Assembly: GCA_040260805.1 (NCBI GenBank)
Contig: JBDQPD010000018.1
Coordinates: forward strand, 1-42,925
Reading direction: 5' to 3'
DNA length: 42,925 bases
DNA from: Myxococcota bacterium
GTDB lineage: Bacteria; Myxococcota; UBA4151
Shown: positions 27,440-36,700 of the stretch, in pieces
Layout of the letters: each line of letters opens with the position of its first letter
Numbering within the stretch: the first letter of the stretch is position 1
Notes under the pieces: model-generated
The model's input: only the letters and a program-made list of their open reading frames with translations
Told to the model about the DNA's origin: nothing
Database searches by the model: none
Position numbers and translations under genes: made by a program

Positions 27440-29761
27440 TTACCGCTTGGTTCGAGCCATCACCGGCGAGGCGTCGGTGCCGTAGCGAGTTCGGTACCCG
27501 ATGTAGCCCGACAGCACACGCTTCACGTAATCACGAGTTTCATCGAAGGGGATCTCTTCAACCCACTCGTCGATCGGCCGCTCTCCGTGCCGACGCTTCC
27601 AGCGATCCACACGGTTCGGCCCTGCATTGTACGCAGCGATGGCGTGCGCAACTCGGCCTCGGTAGCGTTTCAGTAAGTAAGCGAGGTAGCGACTACCCAG
27701 GCGAATGTTGAGGTTGGGCTCAAGCATGGACTTGCGCGAGGGATTACGAAGTCTCAGCCAACCGGCGATCTGCGCCGCCGTCGGCGGAATAATCTGCATC
27801 AGACCGAGCGCATCTGCCGAGCTGATCGCTCTGGGATTGAACTGCGATTCCTGGCGAATCAGAGCATACATCAGCATCGGATCAACCCGGTGGATCTTGC
27901 CCCACTTTCGCACCGAATACCAAAAGGGTCTCGGGTGAGCCTCCTTGAGCCAAACCAGGCGTTGCCCCTGAGTCAACGGCGGCAACTCTCCAGCCGCTTG
28001 CAAACCACGCAACCAACGCGCTCGCCCGCTGCGGTTGAGCGTTTGAAGTAGCGAACTCACACGCTCGAGCTGAGCCGAGGACGGCTCATTGATCGGCGCT
28101 AAACGAATGGAGCCGGCAAAGGAGCGCTGGCTGGCGCGCCCGAGCTGCTCGGGTAGCACGCTGCTCAAATAGCTCCCTAAGCCCTTGCGTGCGGCATTGC
28201 GCATCCCCGCACGGGCTAAACCCTCTGCCTTTACGAGCGCCGCGTCACTCGCCAGACGCTCCGTAGAGGCTTCAGCAGCCAAGCTCTCCACGCTGAAGCC
28301 ACGAAAGGCGATAAAATCAAGCAGCGACGAGGTGTAATAATTAATCGGATAGTCGCGAAGCAGTTCGCCAAAACGAAGACGCGCCTTAGCCGGTTTTCCC
28401 AGCTTGAGTGAGGTTCGCCCTGCCCAATACAAAATACGGGCTCGCCCCTCTCCAATTCCACCACGAACGCCCTCTTGCAAGAGCGACTCAAAGAGCCGCA
28501 GCGCTTCAGAATAATTCGCCTCTCGATAATGAATCCAGCCTAGGCTCCACAAAATTCGAGCCCGGTTTCCCGTCAAGGGGTTGCGCACCATGATGCCGGT
28601 CAACGCTTTGCGCGCTTTGTGGAAGCGACCCAACCGAGCGTCCATGTCGGCGATCGCGAAGGTCGCCGCCTCGCCAACCTCGGCGCTCGCAGCGTACTTA
28701 GAGACTCGACCAAATGCCGACCTTGCGGCCGAGTACTTACCGCGGCGGTTCTGCATATCGCCGAGCCCGTAGTAGGCATGAGCGCGGCTCGTGGCGTCGC
28801 GAGCATCCCGAGCGGCTTGGCTGTAACGATGCACCGCAGACTTCCAATTTTTATGCTTCTCAGACGCTTTGGCGCGCGCCAGCGCAACCTCGCCTTTAAG
28901 GCGGCTGTTACGGACTGACCTTAGCGCATGATGAAGCCGTTTGAGCGTGCGGTCTGGACCGAACCCTCGGTAGTTGATCAAGCGCTTGCGCATGGTCGAG
29001 ACGATGCGCCGCTCGGCCTTTCGATATAAGAACCCTCGCTGACCGCGCAGGGCGCTCAAGTCCAGCAAGGCCGGCCCGGCAAAAGCGGACAAAGGCTCGT
29101 CGCGGACCAGCGCTCGAAAGATATAGGCTGCTTCGTTGGTTCGCTTTGCGTCGCGCAGTAAAAGACCGTGAACGTAACGGCTCACCGGCTTGAGCACTTC
29201 ATTGCGGTTGTTGCGCTCGCTAAGCTCGGCGAGCAGCTCATTATGCGAGGCGCTCTGGTAGCGCGTCCAAACCAGGAGCGCATCTGCCTCCGCAGCTTCA
29301 GCGGAATCATCGGGTATGGCTTCGAGAACGTCGATCGCTGAGGCGACATGCCCCTGACCCAATCGACAGCGCGCCAAACCCAGCAAAGCGGCGTCGCGAA
29401 GCGCTGGGTAGTCCCCAGCCAGCTTTTGAAAGCTTGAAGCGCAGGCTGTGTGTCGCTTGAGCCTTAATTCAGCCGAAGCTCGAAGAAACCGAACAGGGTT
29501 CGCAGATTCTGCCTTTGCGTTTCGCTTTAGCCATTTGTCCAAAAGCCTGAGGCTTTTTTGGTACTGCCCGCGCTGAAATGCTCGACGAGCGCCCGCGAGT
29601 TGTCCCTTTCGAAACGTGAGCCACAAGGTCCGCTCAGCGGCGCTCTCCGTCTCGCGACGGAGCAGCTCGGCTAAGTCTGGGCTAGCAAGCGACAGGCTCG
29701 CTTGCGCTGGAAACGCTGCTAAAGCAACGATCAGTATCGGCGCTATCATGCTTCCGTGCAT
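27440..29761 (-). CDS. TPR-containing soluble lytic murein transglycosylase (Slt70-like)
   Basis: C-terminal ALIRQESQFNPRAIS..ALGLMQI, AAYNAGP..V.RW, EEIPFDETRDYVKRV; TPR-like helices; signal peptide. Confidence 0.93.
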   Translation of the reverse strand: MHGSMIAPILIVALAAFPAQASLSLASPDLAELLRRETESAAERTLWLTFRKGQLAGARRAFQRGQYQKSLRLLDKWLKRNAKAESANPVRFLRASAELRLKRHTACASSFQKLAGDYPALRDAALLGLARCRLGQGHVASAIDVLEAIPDDSAEAAEADALLVWTRYQSASHNELLAELSERNNRNEVLKPVSRYVHGLLLRDAKRTNEAAYIFRALVRDEPLSAFAGPALLDLSALRGQRGFLYRKAERRIVSTMRKRLINYRGFGPDRTLKRLHHALRSVRNSRLKGEVALARAKASEKHKNWKSAVHRYSQAARDARDATSRAHAYYGLGDMQNRRGKYSAARSAFGRVSKYAASAEVGEAATFAIADMDARLGRFHKARKALTGIMVRNPLTGNRARILWSLGWIHYREANYSEALRLFESLLQEGVRGGIGEGRARILYWAGRTSLKLGKPAKARLRFGELLRDYPINYYTSSLLDFIAFRGFSVESLAAEASTERLASDAALVKAEGLARAGMRNAARKGLGSYLSSVLPEQLGRASQRSFAGSIRLAPINEPSSAQLERVSSLLQTLNRSGRARWLRGLQAAGELPPLTQGQRLVWLKEAHPRPFWYSVRKWGKIHRVDPMLMYALIRQESQFNPRAISSADALGLMQIIPPTAAQIAGWLRLRNPSRKSMLEPNLNIRLGSRYLAYLLKRYRGRVAHAIAAYNAGPNRVDRWKRRHGERPIDEWVEEIPFDETRDYVKRVLSGYIGYRTRYGTDASPVMARTKR

Positions 29762-29905
29762 GTTTCCTTTTGACGGGCTCCCTGCCCCTGTTGCCTAGTA
29801 CCTACCATGCGGCCATGGCCGGCATCAACTGCAGCAGGCCAAAATACTCACCTACAGAGTCTAACGGAACCTTTGTCAGATTTATTAGGCGCCAAAATCG
29901 CTAGC

Positions 29906-30385
29906 TTACCAAACGAAAACTGCGCCGGCTCGGACCTCCATCGGGACCACACCACCGGCAGCGCCTTCGTACCCTGTGCTCGCCTCGACGAACCCGCCGA
30001 GCAAACCAAGCAGCTTGAGCTCATAACCACCACCCACCAACAGCCCGAGCTTGGAGTCACCCTCGAGCGTAATCGGGAGGCTCGCCTTGCCGTAGATCGA
30101 GCCGCCAAAGATGAACAATTTAGCGGCTGGGCGTAGAGCCTGAAAACCGCTCGGTCGCATATCGGCTCCCGAGCCCTGCTGACCTAAGACCGCGCCTAGG
30201 TCGAGGCGCAGTGAGTTCCCCATCTGATAGCCCAGACTGAGCCCGAGATTGGGGCCGACCGTTTCGGTCTCTCCCTCAAGCCCCGTCGGCATCACAATCG
30301 CTGCGCCAGTGTCCGCACTGAGCGACCACTTTGCGTGGGCAGGCAGAGCAACAAGTACCATCAACAAGGGAAGAAAATAACGCAT
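29906..30385 (-). CDS. Small outer-membrane beta-barrel protein
   Basis: Signal peptide ending AHA; alternating amphipathic strands; C-terminal aromatic residue (AGAVFVW). Confidence 0.75.
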   Translation of the reverse strand: MRYFLPLLMVLVALPAHAKWSLSADTGAAIVMPTGLEGETETVGPNLGLSLGYQMGNSLRLDLGAVLGQQGSGADMRPSGFQALRPAAKLFIFGGSIYGKASLPITLEGDSKLGLLVGGGYELKLLGLLGGFVEASTGYEGAAGGVVPMEVRAGAVFVW

Positions 30386-30394
30386 GATAAACTC

Positions 30395-30829
30395 CTATTG
30401 GCCCGGTTCGCGGCGGTGTTCGCGAGCGATGTAGGCGATCACGATACTTTGCCCGGCGAGCAATTCCTTTGAGTGACAAGCGTAGCCCACCCTGAGCTCT
30501 TCTTCACCAAACGCTTGAATTCGAATGTTCCAAGTCGAGCCTTCGGGGCTCGGAGGAAGGTTGTCCCAGTAGCGATCTGCTCCGTCTCGACGCTCATCCG
30601 GTGTGAGATCCCAAACCTGGGTAGCGCTCGCCGCAATACCGTCCTCATCCGTCATGCGAACTAAGGTGTTGCAGTCTGTACTCGGCGGAAACAGCTCGAT
30701 TTTGAGTTGGCCGATCTCGGCAAGCGCCGTATTGCGTGCCAAAGGCAACTCGAGAATGACGAAGTTCGATGGCGACTCGCCGCAACCGACTAAAGCGAGC
30801 ATCAAACAACTTAGGGTGAAGACTCTCAT
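30395..30829 (-). CDS. Hypothetical lipoprotein (144 aa)
   Basis: Start moved to ATG 30829 (ATGA overlap with the upstream stop); MRVFTLSCLMLALVG-C lipobox. Confidence 0.78.
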   Translation of the reverse strand: MRVFTLSCLMLALVGCGESPSNFVILELPLARNTALAEIGQLKIELFPPSTDCNTLVRMTDEDGIAASATQVWDLTPDERRDGADRYWDNLPPSPEGSTWNIRIQAFGEEELRVGYACHSKELLAGQSIVIAYIAREHRREPGQ

Positions 30830-31590
30830 GGTCGCACCTGCAATTGAATACACGCCATGCCCGCGGCGGGCTGACAGCCGGTCTCTTCTTGTCCGAGCAG
30901 CAACGCGGCGCCGACGCCAACGCCGACCACACCGGCGCCCACACCGACCCAAGTCCACATCCCGGGTCCAGAAGCCTTCTTGACGACTTTGCGCTCACGA
31001 GCGGTCTTGCGCTGAAATGGGCCGAGCGTCTCGCCTGCGACGATGAATCGAAAGGTCAACGATTCGCTATCCATCATGCTTCGGGGCAACGCGGCGCCGA
31101 ACACCAACCCCTCGGAACCCGGGACGCTTCTTGGGGTCAGCGTGCGCCATTGCCCGTTCATACGAACCTCCATCATCGGCTCTTTACCGGACGGAACGTA
31201 GACCTTGAGCGGTAAGGTTCGCGATAGATCGACCAGCGTCCCGCTACGATCTTGCACCTGCAAGGTGTCCCCCACTTGGAACTCTCGTTGATCTTCGATC
31301 AGATCAGCCAGCACGGCAGGAACCGCCCCTGCAGGCTTCGCAAGCGGGTCAAGCTTGAAGGCTTCGCCTGCGCTGTAGCGAGCGCTCGGATCTTCACCTA
31401 GGCCGAACCACGCCTCAGCGCTAAGCATCCAAGCCTTGGCGCGGACCTTCGCCTCGCATCGGCGGTCCTCTCGCAAAGGAGCGATCAGATCGAGCGCTTC
31501 TTGTGTACGCAATTCCTCAAGCAGCTGCCGCGCTTGAGGTAAGCGGTCACAAGGCGATGAGGTGGCGAGCAATAAAGACAGAGCGATCAT
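30826..31590 (-). CDS. Exported TPR-like protein with C-terminal Gly-rich TM helix
   Basis: Probable start ATG 31590 (MIALSLLLA); TPR-like AEAWFGLGE...A...AFKLDP; WTWVGVGAGVVGVGVGAALLLG. Confidence 0.72.
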   Translation of the reverse strand: MIALSLLLATSSPCDRLPQARQLLEELRTQEALDLIAPLREDRRCEAKVRAKAWMLSAEAWFGLGEDPSARYSAGEAFKLDPLAKPAGAVPAVLADLIEDQREFQVGDTLQVQDRSGTLVDLSRTLPLKVYVPSGKEPMMEVRMNGQWRTLTPRSVPGSEGLVFGAALPRSMMDSESLTFRFIVAGETLGPFQRKTARERKVVKKASGPGMWTWVGVGAGVVGVGVGAALLLGQEETGCQPAAGMACIQLQVRP

Positions 31591-31627
31591 GGGGATACTG
31601 TGGACGAAGTTCGTGCCTGTTGGCAAC

Positions 31628-32974
31628 TCAGCCGATGATCTCTTTGCTCAAATTCGTTGTATAGTTTCCATCGACAAACTTCGGATGATCCAGGCTCGCT
31701 CGGTGAAACCCGATGGTCGTTGCGATGCCCTCAACCACGAAGGCGTCAAGTGCGGCTTTGGAGCGCTCTATCGCCTCCGCTCGGTCGGCGCCGAAAACAA
31801 TCAGCTTCGCCAACAAGGAATCGTAATAAGGCGTCACCTGAGTGCCCTGGGTCACGCCGCTATCCACGCGAACGCCCTCGCCCTCAGGCTCGATCCAGCG
31901 GTTGATGGTTCCGGGGCACGGAGCAAAGCGCTTGGACGGATCCTCAGCGCAGATACGAAACTCAATGGCGTGTCCGGCGCAAGGCAGGTCACTTTGTTCC
32001 ATAGCCAGCGCTTCGCCGGCTGCTATGCGCAGCTGCCACTCGACCAGGTCGATGCCATGCGTGAGCTCGCTGACCGGATGTTCAACCTGCAAACGGGTGT
32101 TCATCTCAAGGAAGTAGAACTGCCCCTGGGCATCCGCGACGAACTCAACCGTTCCAGCGCCTCGATAATTAATACGCTGCGCAAGCTCTACCGCCTGACC
32201 GCAGAGTTCTTCCCTCTTTTGAGCGCTCAAAAACGGCCCTGGCGCTTCTTCTAAAAGCTTCTGGTGCCGTCGTTGCATCGAACATTCACGGTCGCCGATA
32301 TGGAGCACCTTACCGCGCCCATCGCCAAGGATCTGCACCTCGACATGGTGAGGCTCTTCGATCAGCTTCTCGATAAAGACCGTCCCGTCTCCAAAGAAAC
32401 GTTCGCCCTTATCGATCGCTTCGTTGAGCGCCCTTTCAAGTCGCGCCGCCTTTTTTACCCGCGTCATGCCAATACCGCCGCCGCCAGCGCTTGCCTTAAC
32501 CAACAGCGGGTAGCCGATCGCCTCGGCTAAGCTCATCCCTTCCTCTACGGAGCCCACCGCTGGCGTTCCCGGAACAAGCGGCAGGCCAGCTGACTGAGCC
32601 AGCTGGCGAGCAGCCACCTTCGAGCCCATCTCGATGATGCTCTCGGGTGTCGGGCCAATAAAGGCCATTCCTTTGGCTTCAATCAGTCGAGCGAAGTCGG
32701 CGTTTTCACTCAGCAAGCCGTATCCTGGATGGATCGCCTCGGCGCCGACGCGCTGAGCGATCGCGACGATCTGATCGGCGTCAAGATAGCTCTGAGCTAC
32801 GGGAGCGGGCCCGATCTCATAGGCTTCGTCCGCCATCCGCACAAAGGGCATATCGGCGTCGACGTCAGAGTGCACAGCAACCGTTTGGATGCCCAGACGC
32901 TCGCACGTCTGCATGACGCGCAGCGCGATCTCACCACGGTTGGCAACGAGTACTTTAGAGAACATCAAACCCAC
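31628..32974 (-). CDS. accC: Stand-alone biotin carboxylase subunit of an acyl-CoA carboxylase
   Basis: VLVANRGEIA, HPGYGLLSENA, KASAGGGGIGM, RECSMQRRHQK, FLEMNTRLQVEHPV, YYDSLLAKL; no fused BCCP. The substrate (acetyl vs other acyl-CoA) cannot be determined. Confidence 0.9.
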   Translation of the reverse strand: MGLMFSKVLVANRGEIALRVMQTCERLGIQTVAVHSDVDADMPFVRMADEAYEIGPAPVAQSYLDADQIVAIAQRVGAEAIHPGYGLLSENADFARLIEAKGMAFIGPTPESIIEMGSKVAARQLAQSAGLPLVPGTPAVGSVEEGMSLAEAIGYPLLVKASAGGGGIGMTRVKKAARLERALNEAIDKGERFFGDGTVFIEKLIEEPHHVEVQILGDGRGKVLHIGDRECSMQRRHQKLLEEAPGPFLSAQKREELCGQAVELAQRINYRGAGTVEFVADAQGQFYFLEMNTRLQVEHPVSELTHGIDLVEWQLRIAAGEALAMEQSDLPCAGHAIEFRICAEDPSKRFAPCPGTINRWIEPEGEGVRVDSGVTQGTQVTPYYDSLLAKLIVFGADRAEAIERSKAALDAFVVEGIATTIGFHRASLDHPKFVDGNYTTNLSKEIIG

Positions 32975-33008
32975 TCACCGAACGCCGTCTGCGTTCGAGG
33001 ATATCGAG

Positions 33009-33704
33009 CTAAAAGACGTACTTCACAGCCGGCGAAATGTGCATGAACGGAATCGCCCCACCAAGGACAAAGCCGCCGGCAAGGTCCACCCCGACCACAA
33101 AGCCTGTGAGCAGCGTCAGGTACTTGACCGAGACACCCCCCGAGACGCTCCAATCCAGACTCACGGTCGGAAGGTCTTCCGGCTTGAGCGTCTCCGCCGC
33201 TGCCGTAGCCGAGACCGCAATACCGTTCGAAGCCAACACCGGACCAAAACCGCCCTTGAACTCAAGCCCTAAACGGAACTGTTCAAGAAGCAGCAGGTAG
33301 GTTCCCTGAGCCGTGATGTAGGTCAGTGAATAGTCTTCTGGCGGCAGCAGTTTACTCTCAAATGCGGTGCCGGGCATCTGAAAATCTTCAACCGTTCCCA
33401 CCGCACCGCCTTTGACAAAGCCAGTGCCCAAGAGGACCTGAACCCCAAATTGGCGAGTCAGGTCTTTGCCGACCGTGAAGCCGACAAAGGGCTGAATCGA
33501 ACTGGTCGCAGTTTCCGTGGGGACCCAGTTGTCCGAGTTGCAGTCCACTTTGCAGTGCTTCAAGCCGCCGAAGCGAAGAAACCCACCAAGATTGGACTCA
33601 ACAAAGACACCGCGAGGGATCGCGAAATCACCCGAATCGCCTTTCGCCAAAGCCGGCGAGGAGAGCAGGCAGACCGCCATAAGGGCAGGGAGCATGCGCA
33701 TCAT
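33009..33704 (-). CDS. gltH: GltH/CglE-like outer-membrane beta-barrel gliding protein
   Basis: Start moved to ATG 33704 (signal peptide ending ALA). F.I.RG.F, VG.DL, V.Y.T.L..F.VGV, P.VKYVF resemble CglE, and the position after gltG matches G1 synteny. Confidence 0.75.
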   Translation of the reverse strand: MMRMLPALMAVCLLSSPALAKGDSGDFAIPRGVFVESNLGGFLRFGGLKHCKVDCNSDNWVPTETATSSIQPFVGFTVGKDLTRQFGVQVLLGTGFVKGGAVGTVEDFQMPGTAFESKLLPPEDYSLTYITAQGTYLLLLEQFRLGLEFKGGFGPVLASNGIAVSATAAAETLKPEDLPTVSLDWSVSGGVSVKYLTLLTGFVVGVDLAGGFVLGGAIPFMHISPAVKYVF

Positions 33705-33727
33705 ACAGGAACCTTTCGAGGTCAGGC

Positions 33728-36700
33728 TTATCGCCCGGCCTTCTGGAACATAAAGGGATAAGTGACCGACACAATACCACCACCACGCGGCTGCGGGAAA
33801 CGCATCATCTTGATGATTCTCACGATGCATTTCTCAGTCGGCGCATAGCCCATCGTCGTTTGATACACTTTCGCCATCTGAACGCGGCCGGTGCCGGCGA
33901 TGATGAAGCGAGAGGTGATCTTACCACGCAGGTTAGGCTTCTTGGTCAGTTCTTTCTCGTAGCAGTATTTGATCTGATTCAAGTGTCGACGGATCACACG
34001 AGCGATCTCCTCTTTGGAGAGCGAGCCCTTGATGACCGTACGACCGGGGATGATCCGTGTCGTGCCCTTGCCTCGACCACCAAGGTCGATGCTGCCAGCT
34101 CCACCCGTACCACGACCCGTACCGCTTCCGAGTCCACCGATGCCGAGGGCGTTACCGCCGCCGCCACCGCCCGTACCACGATAACCCAAGCCACCAGCGC
34201 CGCCGGCGTCACCAAACTCAGAGCCCTTCAGGCCACCCAGAGCGTTGTTGATGCCCGTGCCCAAGCCACCCGGACCAAAGACATTCGACACAGCGGTCGC
34301 TGCGCCAGTCAGACCCAAGAGACCTGCCTTGAACGCAATCTTACGGTCGCGCTCACGCTTGTTCGGATCGACCGTCGGAGCACCCTTTTTCGATGCCAAG
34401 GCGTCTTTCTTGGGCTTGTCCTTCTTACCGAACTTACCCTCTTTATCCTTGTGCTTACCGCCATCTTTGGCGCCGGAGAGGTCGAGTTTTTCTTTCTTCT
34501 TCTCTTTCTTTTCCGGCTCTTTGAGGATCAGCTTGACGAAGCGGTTCGGATTCTTGAACAAATCCTCCGATAAGCGTGACGGATCCGCAGGCGTCAACAT
34601 CAAGATGATGATGAAGGCGATGTGCAGGAGCAACGAGATGGTTGCGATGTTGGCAAACAACCAGTCCAAGCGATCAGCCATCGGGACGACCGGCAGCTTA
34701 TGCTCTTTGACGTATCGGAAGACCAAGGTGATCGCCCCGACCTTCATCGCCGCGACCTCGTTGTCGTTGAGACGGAACTTATTACCGCTCAGACGACCGG
34801 CGCCTCTGAGCGCCTCCATATCCATAACCTTGCCATCGATATGGGCTTCGAAGTTCGCACCATTGGGTACGTTGAGCTCGTGCTGATTACCGTCGTTGTC
34901 CGCCAGATGATAATGAGCGGTCTCGTCACCAAACACCGAATGCGAGATCGAAATGTCCGCCTTAGGCGTCGCGCCGATCTCAACCACCTTCTGGTCCATC
35001 TTAAACGCGAAGGTATCGAACAGATCGTGACCCCAGAACAGCTGCACTTGCAGCTGTTTGGATTGTGGTTGCGGCTTGTCCGCATCCGCAAGATCCTTCT
35101 CCATCAAACCCGCTGCGATCGTCGGGTTCGGCGTAAAGTCGGGGTGTACATCCGCCAGCATCTCAGCCGTCGGGATCTCTTCTTGGAACTCGCCCGGAGG
35201 CGTGTCTAAGCTGTTGGAGATGTAGCGAACCGTGTACGCCGCTCCACCGTATCGAAACGCAACGACCTCACCACTGCGCAGAGTGAGTCCATTGCCCGAT
35301 CGACGGTCACCGAGACCGTCGCCAGTCAAGACGCTGTCTCCGTCCCAGACTGCAGCCCTTGCGAGGTCGACACCGGACAGATCGATCTGACCGCCTGCAC
35401 CGACCTTCGCCAGGTCCTTACCCGACACCTCGCGGGTGCCGAAGTTCACACCAAGCGCCAGCAAGCAAAGCACCAACGCCATGCCAACCCAGCCGTAGCC
35501 GTTGTTGCGCTCGATCTTGTATTGTCCAGTTGGCGACGTCGCCGTGGCGGCGCCCTGATCTGCGACAATCGCCGTCAGGTCTTTCGCCGCTCCACTGATG
35601 AAGGGCAGCAAGGTCGAAGCGATGTGATTGTAGGCGCCTTCAATGCGGCCATTATCCGACTGGCTCTGGCTGACACGATCACGAAGTCGCATGACCTCTT
35701 GGCTCACCGCCGTGCGAGCACGCTCGTCGGCTAGGCGCTGTTCTTTCATCGCCCAGGCTAGGACGACACGATCAAAGAGTGGCCCTGCGTCTTTGCCGAT
35801 CTTCTTGAGATCAGCGATGGCGTTTCCGTCCTTGTACAAAGAGACGCCGTCTTTCTTGTCGATGATTCGAAGACCCAAGGTCAGACCATTGGTCTCATGC
35901 TTGAACAAACGCATCAGCGCGACCAGATCAGCGCCTGCACCCTTGAGGCTCTCGCCATACTCGGGACGCTTGCAGATCCAGTTACCTTTTTTGTCGTTCT
36001 CGTCTTCTTCACAGGTGATCCCGAGCTCGCCGCTGGATTTTTTAGCCTTCTCGGCTTTGCCCATCGCCTTACCCCATTGCTTTGACTCAATGAAGAAGAA
36101 CGGACGAACGTTCGCAGGAACACCCATTTCACCGCTCACGACGGCGCTGAACACACGACCTTTTTGCTCGTTCATTCGACGGGTCACACCGTCGACGAGC
36201 AGCTTTTGGTCTTTGGCGCCGAGCTCGAGCCCTTCAGCGACGTCGAGACCGACGATCTGAATCGAGCGCTGATCACCAACCAACAAGGTCGGGATCACTG
36301 GCTTGTTCGGATCGACAGCCTTCTTCTTAGCGTTCGGATCAGCCGGGCGGTCCATCAACTTCTCAGTCAATGCGCCGTAGCTCACCTTAAACTTCTGGTA
36401 CTCTGCTTCGCTGGTGTAGGCTTTGAACTCAGCATGGCTGCGCTTAGCCTTACCGCAACTAGCGGTCGGCTCGGGCTTGGGCTTACGCTCTTTCTTGGCA
36501 GCCTTGATCGCATCTTCGCTTGGCTGAACCCAGCGGCACAAGACGCCACCATCGTAACCGACTGCGGTCGTGCTCTTGTTGTCGGTCGACGCGAAGGCGC
36601 CTTCAGCCGCTGTCCGCCATGCTTTGCGAATCTTCGATACGGCGTCTTCAGCGACCTCATGCTCAGCCTTCGCCTTGAGCGCCTTAGCCGCCTCAAGGGC

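Noticed and set aside
31562..32254. 230-aa plus-strand ORF opposite the biotin carboxylase, also 36164..37057 and 42024..42755
   Set aside because: Antisense shadows of well-supported conserved genes.
33705..33830. ORF-track N-terminal extensions of gltH, also 30830-30958, 38146-38175 and 31591-31626
   Set aside because: They overlap upstream genes or precede clear signal peptides; downstream ATGs with SD or ATGA coupling are better starts.
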